From Actinomycetota bacterium (lineage in GTDB: Bacteria; Actinomycetota; Coriobacteriia; Anaerosomatales; JAUXNU01): a DNA stretch of 64,000 nt. Where the stretch lies: the NCBI GenBank assembly GCA_030682655.1, contig JAUXNU010000112.1:2175-66174 (forward strand), written 5' to 3'. Positions 53,103 through 64,000 of the stretch are shown one piece after another. Position 1 is the stretch's first letter. Each line of letters opens with the position of its first letter. Both the position numbers and the translations under genes were made by a program. Below the pieces are notes generated by a model. It was not told where the DNA came from. It searched no databases and saw nothing but the letters and a program-made list of their open reading frames with translations.

Positions 53103-54133
53103 GTTCACGACGAACCGTCCTCGATATGCTTCGGGAGCGCTCGACCATGCTCGGTCTGATCGCCGTGCTGGTCGCCGGAGCGTTCGTGATCACCGCCGTT
53201 GCCCCGCGGGTGTTTGCGGATGTCTACACTTACTTCTGCGTGAGCGTGATGATGGTGCTCGGCTTGCAGATGTTCATGGGCAACTCCGGGATTCTGAACT
53301 GGACCTATGTGGGATTCGTGGGCATCGGGGCCTTCGTTGCCTCGATCATGTCGACGCCGTCCTCGGTCAAGTCGATGGGCGTGCCCAACATGTACCCGGT
53401 CCTCGTTGACCTGCAGATGCCGATCCTGCCTGCGCTGTTCGTGGGTGCGCTCGTGGCCGCCGCGATCGCGGCTGTGATCGCGTGGCCGCTCATGCGACTG
53501 TCCGACGCGGTCGGCGTCATCACGTTGTTCGCGACACTGATCGTAATCCACGTGATCATGACGCAGTGGGACAACGTCACGAACGGGCCGCGCACGTTCT
53601 TTGGCGTGCCGTTCTTCACGACGCTTCCAATCGCGGTGGCGGGTGCGTGTCTGACGCTCGTTGCCGCGCACATCTTCAGGGAGTCGGGTCTTGGCCTGCG
53701 CCTGCGGGCATCGCGCGACGACCGGCATGCGGCCAAGGCGATCGGCATCAACGTGGTCGCGGTGCGCTACTTCTCGTTCGTGTCGAGCTCGTTCGTGGCC
53801 GGCCTGGCCGGCGGGCTCTGGGCGCACTACATCACATCGTTCTCGCCCAAGTCGTTCTACATCATCGAGGCGTTCTTGCTGCTCACGATGCTTGTGGTTG
53901 GCGGTTCAGGCAGTATCTCGGGAGCGGTGACTGGCACGGCGATCGTCACCGTCATGCGCGAGCTGCTGCGCCAGCTCGAGGGCTACCTCAACAACTCCGG
54001 CGTGATCTCGTTCGAGGTCTACGGGCTGACCGAGTTGGCCGTCGCCATTCTGCTCGTGATCATCCTGATATGGCGACCAGAAGGCATCATCGGCGGCCGG
54101 GAGATCCGGCTTCCGTTCCTCCGTAAGAAGTAG
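53099..54133 (+). CDS. ABC transporter permease (LivM-like)
   Basis: Multi-TM protein with GNSGILNWTYVGFVGIGAF and GGSGSISGAVTG motifs. ATGA overlap. The ORF-track extension 52385-53098 lies inside the previous gene. Confidence 0.85.
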   Translation: MSSRRTVLDMLRERSTMLGLIAVLVAGAFVITAVAPRVFADVYTYFCVSVMMVLGLQMFMGNSGILNWTYVGFVGIGAFVASIMSTPSSVKSMGVPNMYPVLVDLQMPILPALFVGALVAAAIAAVIAWPLMRLSDAVGVITLFATLIVIHVIMTQWDNVTNGPRTFFGVPFFTTLPIAVAGACLTLVAAHIFRESGLGLRLRASRDDRHAAKAIGINVVAVRYFSFVSSSFVAGLAGGLWAHYITSFSPKSFYIIEAFLLLTMLVVGGSGSISGAVTGTAIVTVMRELLRQLEGYLNNSGVISFEVYGLTELAVAILLVIILIWRPEGIIGGREIRLPFLRKK

Positions 54134-54157
54134 CTTCTGCGACGGGAGGTCTTTCCG

Positions 54158-55060
54158 ATGAATGAACTGACCCGCGACAAGGCATTCTTCGCGTTCTCGC
54201 CCGAGGTCGCCCCGGTGCTCAAGGTCAAGCAGGCCGAGGAGATCCGGCTGCAGACCCACGACTGCTTCAGCGGCCAGCTCAAGACTGCGGCCGACACGCT
54301 CGAGACGCTCGACTGGAGCATCACGAACCCGGCCACCGGGCCGGTCTACATCGAGGACACCAAGCCTGGCGACCTGCTGCGCATCGACCTGCTCGAAGTG
54401 AAGGCCACCGGTCCCTCGGTCATGGTTGCCGTGCCCGGCGTTGGCGGCATGGGCGACATGATCACCGAGATGGAGACCACGATCCTGACCCACACCGAGG
54501 ACACCGTGATCTTCAAGGACCTCATCGAGGTCAAGCAGAACCCGATGCTCGGCGTGATCGGTGTGGCCCCTGCCGAAGGCGAGATCCCCAACAGCACGCC
54601 GGGCAGCCACGGCGGCAACATGGATTGCACTCTCGTGACCACGGGCGCGAGCCTGTACCTGACAGTCGGCGTGGAGGGTGCGCTATTCGGCTGTGGCGAC
54701 ATGCACGCGGTCATGGGCGACGGCGAGGTCATCATCTGCGGCGCCGAGACACCCGGCGAAGTTCGACTCACCGCGCAGGTGGTGGCGATTCCCGGACTGC
54801 CGACCCCGCTCATCGAGAACGACGAGATCGTTGCGGTCATCGCCTCGGCAGAGACCGTCGACGAAGCCTACAAAGACGCTCTCAAGCTCATGCTCGGGTT
54901 CCTCAGTGACGTTGCGGGAATGCCGCTGAACGACGCAGCGATGCTCATGAGCCTGGTCGGCAACCTCAAGTTCTGCCAGATCGTGGACCCGCTCATGACC
55001 GTGCGCTTCGAGTTCCCGAAAAGCGTGCTCGCGAAGTACGGCTTCGTGATGCCGAGGTAG
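54158..55060 (+). CDS. Acetamidase/formamidase (FmdA_AmdA) family amidohydrolase
   Basis: TNPATGPVYIEDTKPGDLLRIDLLEV, GSHGGNMDC, GDMHAVMGDGEV motifs. Confidence 0.85.
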   Translation: MNELTRDKAFFAFSPEVAPVLKVKQAEEIRLQTHDCFSGQLKTAADTLETLDWSITNPATGPVYIEDTKPGDLLRIDLLEVKATGPSVMVAVPGVGGMGDMITEMETTILTHTEDTVIFKDLIEVKQNPMLGVIGVAPAEGEIPNSTPGSHGGNMDCTLVTTGASLYLTVGVEGALFGCGDMHAVMGDGEVIICGAETPGEVRLTAQVVAIPGLPTPLIENDEIVAVIASAETVDEAYKDALKLMLGFLSDVAGMPLNDAAMLMSLVGNLKFCQIVDPLMTVRFEFPKSVLAKYGFVMPR

Positions 55061-55093
55061 GACTACCGCCGACCCTCGCGTCATTACCGTCCG

Positions 55094-58294
<3,201 letters not shown>

Positions 58295-58478
58295 GCGAGG
58301 CTCCTTCTCCCCAGAGTGGCGTGACGCGGCGCTACGCTCGGCGCACAGGCCGCACGCCGATTCTAGCGGATGTGGCCGAGGGCGCGTGGGTCGGGTTTGG
58401 GTCCTTTGGCGGCGCAATCGCTCGCCTCGAAGCCGTAGCGGGTACATAGAAGTCCTATCGACTGAAGGGGAGGTTGCC

Positions 58479-59432
58479 ATGGATAGGATTCGGAGAGCCT
58501 CGGTCTTGCTCGTGGCACTGGTTCTTGCGATGACGGTTGCGGTGGCACCGTCGCTCGCTTTGAGTGCGCCAGCCGGTGCCGACGCGTATGCCTACATCGA
58601 GCAGCTCGCGGTCATGTCGCGTGTGGCGGGTGCCGCAAGCGAGCTCGGGGCGGCGGGCATGATCGAAGGATGGTTCCAGGACGCCGGGTACTCGACCGGG
58701 ATGCAGCCGTTCACCTACGTGCGCCACGGCAAGACACGCTACTCGCAGAATGTGGTCGCGTATCTGCCGGCGACCGATGGAGATCCGGATGCGCCGCTGG
58801 TGATCGTCGGGGCCCACTATGACTCGGCGGTCGCCGGCAACGGTGCCGACGACAACGGCTCAGGCGTCGGATGCATGGTCGAGATCGCCGAGGAGGTGGC
58901 CTCCTACGAACGGGACTACGACATCGTGTTCGTTGCGTTCGGCGCCGAGGAGGTCGGCCTCGAGGGTTCGTTCTACTACGTGAGCCAGATGTCTTCGGCC
59001 GACAGGGACCGGACGATCGCGATGATCAACTTCGACTCGCTGATCGTCGGAGACAAGCTCTACATTCACGCCGGGTTCAATAACAAGACCGGGCCGCGCG
59101 ATGCGATGCTGGAGATCATCGACGACCTCGGGCTGCCGATCGAGGTGCAGCCGGGCCTGAACGAGCACTACCCGACAGGCCTGACGCCCGACTGGTTCAG
59201 CGACTACACCGCATTCAACCGGGCCGGCATCCCGATCGTGGCATTCGAATCGACGAACTGGGAGATCGGTGACCTGGACGGATATGTCGAGACGGAGAAG
59301 TACGGCTCGTTCTGGCACACCGGCAAGGACAAGCTGAAGACCATCGAGCAGCGCTACCCCGGGCGCCCCATGGCGCGGCTGGCCGCGTATACGACGCTCG
59401 TAGAGACCTATCTGGACGAGCTGGGCCCATAG
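58479..59432 (+). CDS. Secreted M28 family aminopeptidase
   Basis: Signal peptide. VIVGAHYDS, GADDNGSGVGCMVE, FVAFGAEEVGLEGS zinc ligand motifs. Confidence 0.8.
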   Translation: MDRIRRASVLLVALVLAMTVAVAPSLALSAPAGADAYAYIEQLAVMSRVAGAASELGAAGMIEGWFQDAGYSTGMQPFTYVRHGKTRYSQNVVAYLPATDGDPDAPLVIVGAHYDSAVAGNGADDNGSGVGCMVEIAEEVASYERDYDIVFVAFGAEEVGLEGSFYYVSQMSSADRDRTIAMINFDSLIVGDKLYIHAGFNNKTGPRDAMLEIIDDLGLPIEVQPGLNEHYPTGLTPDWFSDYTAFNRAGIPIVAFESTNWEIGDLDGYVETEKYGSFWHTGKDKLKTIEQRYPGRPMARLAAYTTLVETYLDELGP

Positions 59433-59502
59433 TATGGCTTGAAGCGCTTTCGGCCGAGGAGCTTTCTGCGCGCTGTTTGCATGACCTAGAGAAACGGTCA
59501 TA

Positions 59503-59898
59503 ATGACCACAGGAACCGGTCAGCCGGCGAAAGCGCAACGCGACCTAGACCTCGAGCCGGGATGGCTCAACGCCGGTCCGGCGGACTTGATGGATCAGGG
59601 GCTGCCAGAGGGCTTCGAGGACAGGATGACTCCCAAGCGCTATGGGCCAGATCTCATCATCCACTTCCCGGCGCGTGGGGATCTGATCGCCCTCAAGGTG
59701 TATGCCGCTGCCGATACGGGAGTCGGTCGCCATACTCAGGATTTGCACGCGCTTGAACCCGCGGCGGACGAACTGCTGGGTGGCGCCCGATGGGCGCGCA
59801 CACAGGATCCCTCGGCTGGCTTCAAGACGATGCTCGTTGCGCTTCTGCGGTACATGAACGCGGAGGACGCTGCTGAAGGGCTGCGACATGACCCCTAA
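59503..59898 (+). CDS. Hypothetical protein. Weak resemblance to the C-terminal half of nucleotidyltransferase-fold proteins (DUF6036/AbiEii-like)
   Basis: GWLN...LPEGFEDR...GDLIALKVYAA....DLHAL pattern only. The N-terminal catalytic half seems absent. Overlaps the next ORF by 11 nt. Confidence 0.3.
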   Translation: MTTGTGQPAKAQRDLDLEPGWLNAGPADLMDQGLPEGFEDRMTPKRYGPDLIIHFPARGDLIALKVYAAADTGVGRHTQDLHALEPAADELLGGARWARTQDPSAGFKTMLVALLRYMNAEDAAEGLRHDP

Positions 59899-60904
59899 GG
59901 ATCTCCATGGCGCGCTGCTCGACTCGCTACTTGAACTCGCGTGGCGGCAGTGGTCCGCGCTCGGCGTCGCCGGCATTCGAGTGGCATCGGAGTCCGTTGT
60001 CGATCCAGAGGCGTTGCTTGTGGCGACGATGTCGATCGGTCGCTGGGACGCGCGATTGTTCGACGAGGTTCTTGACTGGGTCGTGGCCAACAACACGATC
60101 GTGGATGCGGCCAGGCTTCGCAGGCTGGCCAGAGACTCAGCCGAGGAGCAACAGCGCCTGGTGGCTGTCGTCTCTCACCTTGCTTCGGAAGGCGAGAAGC
60201 GTGTGGGGCTCAAGCGAGTCGAAACCGACCTTATCTCTCGCGAGGAAGGTGTCGACTACGGAACCCAGCCACTGTTTCACTCTTCACGTTCTGTCCCGGA
60301 GAACTGGGTTCCCGAGGACGAGGTCTTCGCGGGTGTGGGATTCAGCAGGTCAGCGCCGGAACTTCGCGGGATGTCGCAGCAGCCGGACACATCGAACCCC
60401 GCGTGTCTGCGCTTCAAGGCAAGGGCTCTCGTGGGACTCGGCGCTCGTGCGGAGGTGCTGTCGTACCTCTGGACCCACGAATGGGCGCACGGTCGCCTCA
60501 TTGCACAACGGGGCGCGTACAACCAGTCGCCGGTCGCCGGGTATCTCACTGCCCTGTGCAACGCCCGCCTTGCGGAGAAGCGAGTGGACGGTCGACGCAC
60601 CGAGTATCGTCTGACCGAGGAGCTGCGTGGACTGGGCACGCCCACGCCGCACTACGTCGCCTGGGACGCCGTGTGGCCGGCTCTCGCGGTGGTCGCCCAA
60701 GCGCTGGACTCGACGACATCGCTCTCGGATGAAGCGCTGTGGTCGCGACTAGCGACCTCGCTCGACACAGCACGGAAAGGGCTCGCCGCCGAGGGGTTCG
60801 CGGTTCACGTGCCGGACCTGACCGGATGGGCACTGCGCGGACCGAGTGGTCTTGAGGCGATGGTGCGCGAGATCGCTGACCGTGCCCGGGAGCTCGGCGA
60901 GTAG
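59888..60904 (+). CDS. Hypothetical 338-aa protein with a central winged-helix-like segment
   Basis: SPVAGYLTALCNARLAEKRVDGRRTEYRLTEEL looks like a wHTH recognition helix plus wing. No other motif recognised. Confidence 0.4.
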   Translation: MTPKDLHGALLDSLLELAWRQWSALGVAGIRVASESVVDPEALLVATMSIGRWDARLFDEVLDWVVANNTIVDAARLRRLARDSAEEQQRLVAVVSHLASEGEKRVGLKRVETDLISREEGVDYGTQPLFHSSRSVPENWVPEDEVFAGVGFSRSAPELRGMSQQPDTSNPACLRFKARALVGLGARAEVLSYLWTHEWAHGRLIAQRGAYNQSPVAGYLTALCNARLAEKRVDGRRTEYRLTEELRGLGTPTPHYVAWDAVWPALAVVAQALDSTTSLSDEALWSRLATSLDTARKGLAAEGFAVHVPDLTGWALRGPSGLEAMVREIADRARELGE

Positions 60905-60924
60905 ACTCTACCTGGCGCCGCCCG

Positions 60925-61842
60925 TCACGCTGGCGGAGTAGGCTCGCCGTCGTTCGGCTGCTCGGGGTCCTGCTGCGCATCGCCGCCAGCCGGCGCACTC
61001 TCCGCACACGGCTCCTCCTTGCGCACGAATCGCCACCCGCGTCCCGACGTGGGCTTGAGATGCACGGCCATGGGCGCCTGCCATCCGCGCTTGATCGCAA
61101 GGAGACGGATGGTGACCGTTACGGCCACAGTCACGATGAGCGCGACAGGCTTGACGATGTTCATCCAGCTCACGAGGAACACGTAGAGCGACGAGCCAAG
61201 GATAGCCGCCGTGGCCGACAGCGTGCCCGGCCGCATGACCTGCGGCGTCTCGCTGCAGAGCACATCGCGGATCATGCCGCCGCCCACGCTCGTGATCACG
61301 CCAAGGAGCACCGCCGGGATCACGGTGAGCCCTGCGCTAAGGGCCTTGTCCGCACCTACGACGGCGAAGAGCCCGAGCGACACCGCGTCCAGGTACAGGA
61401 ACGGCCGGTGCATGCTCCGGTACGCCGAGGTGAAGAAGAAGCCGAACGCGGCAGCAAGAAGCGCCACGCCAAGGAGCCGGGGGTGCAGGAATGCCGCGAT
61501 GCCGTGGTTCTGGAGCAGCACGTCGCGCAGCATGCCGCCGCCGAGCGCGTTCACGATTGCGAGGATGAGGATGCCGGTGAGGTCCATGCGACGCTCGTCG
61601 GCGTGGACGGCGCCCGAGAGACCACCGACGAATGCCGCGGTGAGCTCGTAGGCGACCGGCACCCTCACGATCATGGCAGTGACGGGCGTGGTGGTGGTGA
61701 GCGCCGAGGGCAGGGCGCTCGCGATCACGCTCGGCACGACGGTAGTGATGATGCTCGCCAGCCCGGTGGCTTCGACCGATGGCGCGACAGCCGCAGCTGC
61801 GCTGGCCGCGACGGAGGCTGTTGCGAAGAGTGATTCGAACAT
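60925..61842 (-). CDS. TRIC / UPF0126 family cation channel-like membrane protein
   Basis: Two GGG(M)(L/I)RDVL repeats (ALGGGMLRDVLL, SVGGGMIRDVLC). Start uncertain: ATG 61842 follows GAGGTG but adds a 56-aa A/S/T/V-rich extension, whereas ATG 61674 gives the canonical length. Confidence 0.7.
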   Translation of the reverse strand: MFESLFATASVAASAAAAVAPSVEATGLASIITTVVPSVIASALPSALTTTTPVTAMIVRVPVAYELTAAFVGGLSGAVHADERRMDLTGILILAIVNALGGGMLRDVLLQNHGIAAFLHPRLLGVALLAAAFGFFFTSAYRSMHRPFLYLDAVSLGLFAVVGADKALSAGLTVIPAVLLGVITSVGGGMIRDVLCSETPQVMRPGTLSATAAILGSSLYVFLVSWMNIVKPVALIVTVAVTVTIRLLAIKRGWQAPMAVHLKPTSGRGWRFVRKEEPCAESAPAGGDAQQDPEQPNDGEPTPPA

Positions 61843-62110
61843 GCGGGCGATGCACCTCAAGCAGTTGAGCGTCGACCGCTCGCGCGGCCGTGTGGGTTCT
61901 TCCCGCAGTATGTGCGCTGCACTCGGTATGTTCCCGAGGACGTGGGTGTCCCGTCACGAAGGGTTGCCGGGGCGTTGCCTGGCCCCGGGGCCCTTCGAGT
62001 ACGCACACAGAGGGTGGCGAGTGACGGGCAACGGGAGCACAATCTCCTCACAGGTCCGGTCAGCCTCGACGCGATCGCGGCCACCGGCTCGTCGCCCGAA
62101 AGGAGTCACC

Positions 62111-62539
62111 ATGAAGGCGAACATACGACTGCCGTTGCTTGCGGCGCTGCTGCTGCTGGCGGCCGTCGTCCTTGGCGGGTGCTCGACGTCCGCCGATCCG
62201 ACCGTAGTCCAGGGCACGTGGGTTCTCGAGTCCTTCGGGGGGACGGCCGAACTCGTGTCTGCGGACCCGGCAGTCACGACCGAGCTCACGCTGAAGGCGG
62301 GCGAGGCCACGGGCAACGGGGGCGTCAACTCGTTCAGTGGGACCTACGAGGTCAAGGACAACGGCATCGATTTCGGCGCGATCGCGGCCACGGCGATGGC
62401 CGGTCCTCCGGCAGCCATGGATCAGGAAGCCAAGTTCCTGAAGGCGCTCGATGACACCAGGCACTTCGAGATCAACGAGGACAAGCTCGTGCTCAGCGAC
62501 CTCGGCAACAACACGGTCGTGGTGATGGTGCCCAGGTAG
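62111..62539 (+). CDS. META-domain (HslJ-like) lipoprotein
   Basis: Lipobox VLGGC. GTWVLESF..., GNGGVNSFSGTYEV..., FLKALDDTRHFEINEDKLVL. AGGAG RBS. Confidence 0.8.
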   Translation: MKANIRLPLLAALLLLAAVVLGGCSTSADPTVVQGTWVLESFGGTAELVSADPAVTTELTLKAGEATGNGGVNSFSGTYEVKDNGIDFGAIAATAMAGPPAAMDQEAKFLKALDDTRHFEINEDKLVLSDLGNNTVVVMVPR

Positions 62540-62737
62540 GTAGACGCAAAAGTGCGAGGCCGCTGCCTCCCTCGAACGAACATTTCACCTTACGGCTTGT
62601 GCCCATCCGCGTTCTTCAACGACCTCGCAATTAGGATTATCGCCCAACCCGCGCGCTATGCAACGGGTTTCGGCGAGATTCGTATGACTTCGTGCCGAGC
62701 GGTCACTATCGGCGACAGGCGGTCTGAGCTGCGGTTA

Positions 62738-62764
62738 TTATCCACAGTATCCACAATATCCACA
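62738..62764 (+). promoter_or_regulatory. Three contiguous DnaA-box 9-mers
   Basis: TTATCCACA-GTATCCACA-ATATCCACA head-to-tail, no spacers, in the gap between convergent genes (62539 and 62790). Confidence 0.6.
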
Positions 62765-62789
62765 GGCACCCGGCGCGATTCGGGCGGCG

Positions 62790-63212
62790 CTACGCGAGCA
62801 GCCGCACCGGGCACTCGGTCACGCGCGCCTGAGCACGGTCGGCTGTCACGAGTTCGCACCCCAGCCGGACCGCGAGCGCCGGGAAGAGCGCATCGTGGAT
62901 CGTGAGGTCGTAGGCGAGCGCGAGGTCGAGTGCGGTGCTCATGAGTTCCGCGTCAAGCGGGACCGTGAGGATCTCGGCGCCGAAGAGCGTTTCGGGCGCG
63001 CGACGGAGATACTCGGCATCGAGCTTCGCGTATCGCAGCCCGTCGATCACCTCCGCCTGCAGGTGCGCGGGAGCGGCCAGAAGGAGGTCTCCTTGGCAAT
63101 GGGCGGAAAGCAGGTCGAGTGCCTGCTCGACATGCGACTCACCCTCGTTGTTGAACCACTTGTAGGCCACCGAGCTGTCGACCACGAAGAGGGGGAGGCC
63201 GGAGGCGCTCAC
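62790..63212 (-). CDS. vapC: PIN-domain ribonuclease toxin VapC
   Basis: FVVDSSVAYKW (first acidic residue), ...DALFPALAV..., C-terminal TAD. GTGA overlap with vapB. Confidence 0.85.
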   Translation of the reverse strand: MSASGLPLFVVDSSVAYKWFNNEGESHVEQALDLLSAHCQGDLLLAAPAHLQAEVIDGLRYAKLDAEYLRRAPETLFGAEILTVPLDAELMSTALDLALAYDLTIHDALFPALAVRLGCELVTADRAQARVTECPVRLLA

Positions 63213-63505
63213 TCGTCGGCCTCGTCGCGGGGTGGGAGCCACGGCTCGGGCATGTCTCGGAAGTGCCGGATGATCGCGGTTCCATCCGTGCCTTTGGGCA
63301 TGTGTTTGGCGACTTCTCGCATACCCTCGATCGCCTTGCCGATGCGCTCCGCCCGCTCGGCGCGTGCTTGTTCGGCATCGAGTTCGGCCACGTAGCGGGC
63401 GGCCGCTTCCTGGATGAAGCCGCTCCGGGTGGTGCCGGTCTCGGCCGCTCTGCGGTCGATTTCTTGGAGCAGCGCGTCGGGCACGGATATCGTGGTCTTG
63501 GCCAT
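63209..63505 (-). CDS. vapB: Ribbon-helix-helix (CopG/VapB-type) antitoxin
   Basis: TTISVPDALLQEIDRRAAETGTTRSGFIQEAAARYV RHH motif. ATG 63505 follows GAGGTG. Confidence 0.8.
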   Translation of the reverse strand: MAKTTISVPDALLQEIDRRAAETGTTRSGFIQEAAARYVAELDAEQARAERAERIGKAIEGMREVAKHMPKGTDGTAIIRHFRDMPEPWLPPRDEADE

Positions 63506-63575
63506 CGGTTTCACCTCGGGTATGACTCGTGGTGGTATCGATGGTAGTACCCGAGTGTGTGTGGGTCAAGCGCGC

Positions 63576-64000
63576 CTACCGCATTCCCGGATGGCGTCCT
63601 CTTCCGGCAATCATTGCCCACGCCAGGGGCAGCAGCGAGCCACCCATCAGGAGCTTGCCGAACCCTGGGTCCTTGCCAAACAGAATCGCGCCGGCGACGA
63701 GCATCGCCGCGAAGACGATCGCGGCCGTCAGGCGACCGACCGCCCGCTCGACACCGCGCACCCGCATGTTGAGGAGCGGGGTCTGCACGCTGAGGTCGCC
63801 GCGCTCGATCGTTGTCAGCACGCGGTCGGCGCGGGCCGGCAGGCCGATGAGTGTCTTGCCGATATTTGTGGCCTCGGCGAGGATCGTGTCCCACGTCGAC
63901 CCGTTGTCGTCGTCGGAAACGAGCTTGGACGCGTAGGGCGCGATCGACGACCACAGGTTGAACTCCGGATCGAGTCCGGTGCACATGCCGGAAAGGATCG
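63576..64000 (-). CDS. C-terminal part of an ABC1/UbiB-like kinase family membrane protein (5' end outside the window)
   Basis: The reading frame stays open to the window edge. C-terminal two-TM tail (AAIVFAAMLVAGAILF, GGSLLPLAWAMIAG) is typical of AarF/UbiB proteins. The call is tentative. Confidence 0.5.
   Translation of the reverse strand, partial: ILSGMCTGLDPEFNLWSSIAPYASKLVSDDDNGSTWDTILAEATNIGKTLIGLPARADRVLTTIERGDLSVQTPLLNMRVRGVERAVGRLTAAIVFAAMLVAGAILFGKDPGFGKLLMGGSLLPLAWAMIAGRGRHPGMR

Noticed and set aside
62552-62905. 117-aa ORF spanning the triple DnaA box, and the idea that this is oriC
   Set aside because: The ORF product is Arg/Ser/Thr-rich with no start context and lies in a convergent gap. 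For oriC I see no dnaA, dnaN or rpmH, no additional flanking boxes and no long AT-rich unwinding element. I therefore keep it as an extra-origin DnaA-box cluster only.

Overview
GC-rich bacterial chromosomal segment with about 65 protein genes and 2 tRNAs. I saw no rRNA, CRISPR array, transposase, integrase or phage genes. All family calls come from reading motifs in the supplied translations, not from database searches. Start codons were re-picked by eye using RBS spacing and start/stop overlaps, so they may be off by a few codons. Layout: (1) 6-8222, a Bacillus-type housekeeping block (yabE-like, rsmA, veg, ispE, NTP-transferase, spoVG, tRNA-Gln, glmU, prs, rplY/ctc, pth). (2) 8244-13451, a coiled-coil M23 peptidase, a DUF4870-like protein, apbE and nfnAB. 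(3) 13932-17560, a LytTR response regulator translationally coupled to a DUF916/DUF3324-like surface protein, facing two secreted beta-rich WxL-like proteins. (4) 17657-21866, the UPF0210/ACT pair, DUF951, an M23-like protein and CapA. (5) 21969-30832, a complete V/A-type ATPase operon. Its K subunit carries a Na+-type signature, subunit A has a 35-aa insertion, and a small membrane ORF sits between B and D. (6) 31109-42151, the most unusual locus: an 11-gene Mrp-type antiporter operon with three MrpD-like subunits plus a 916-aa MrpA/NuoL-like subunit. That subunit has a roughly 360-aa uncharacterised C-terminal extension containing an in-frame 81-bp tandem duplication. The operon opens with a degenerate GGDEF protein (I-site kept, active site lost) and closes with a stand-alone cNMP-binding protein. 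(7) 42357-49051, pmbA/tldD, a coiled-coil NlpC/P60 hydrolase, a lipoprotein, initiator tRNA-Met and a decayed histidine kinase (in-frame TGA plus a probable frameshift). (8) 49401-58294, an SBP plus 2 ATPases plus 2 permeases (Liv/amide type) with a formamidase, then carB without carA. (9) 58479-64000, a small accessory-looking stretch: M28 peptidase, an uncharacterised two-gene module, a TRIC/UPF0126 channel, a META lipoprotein, three head-to-tail perfect-core DnaA boxes in a convergent intergenic gap, vapBC, and a partial UbiB-like gene.
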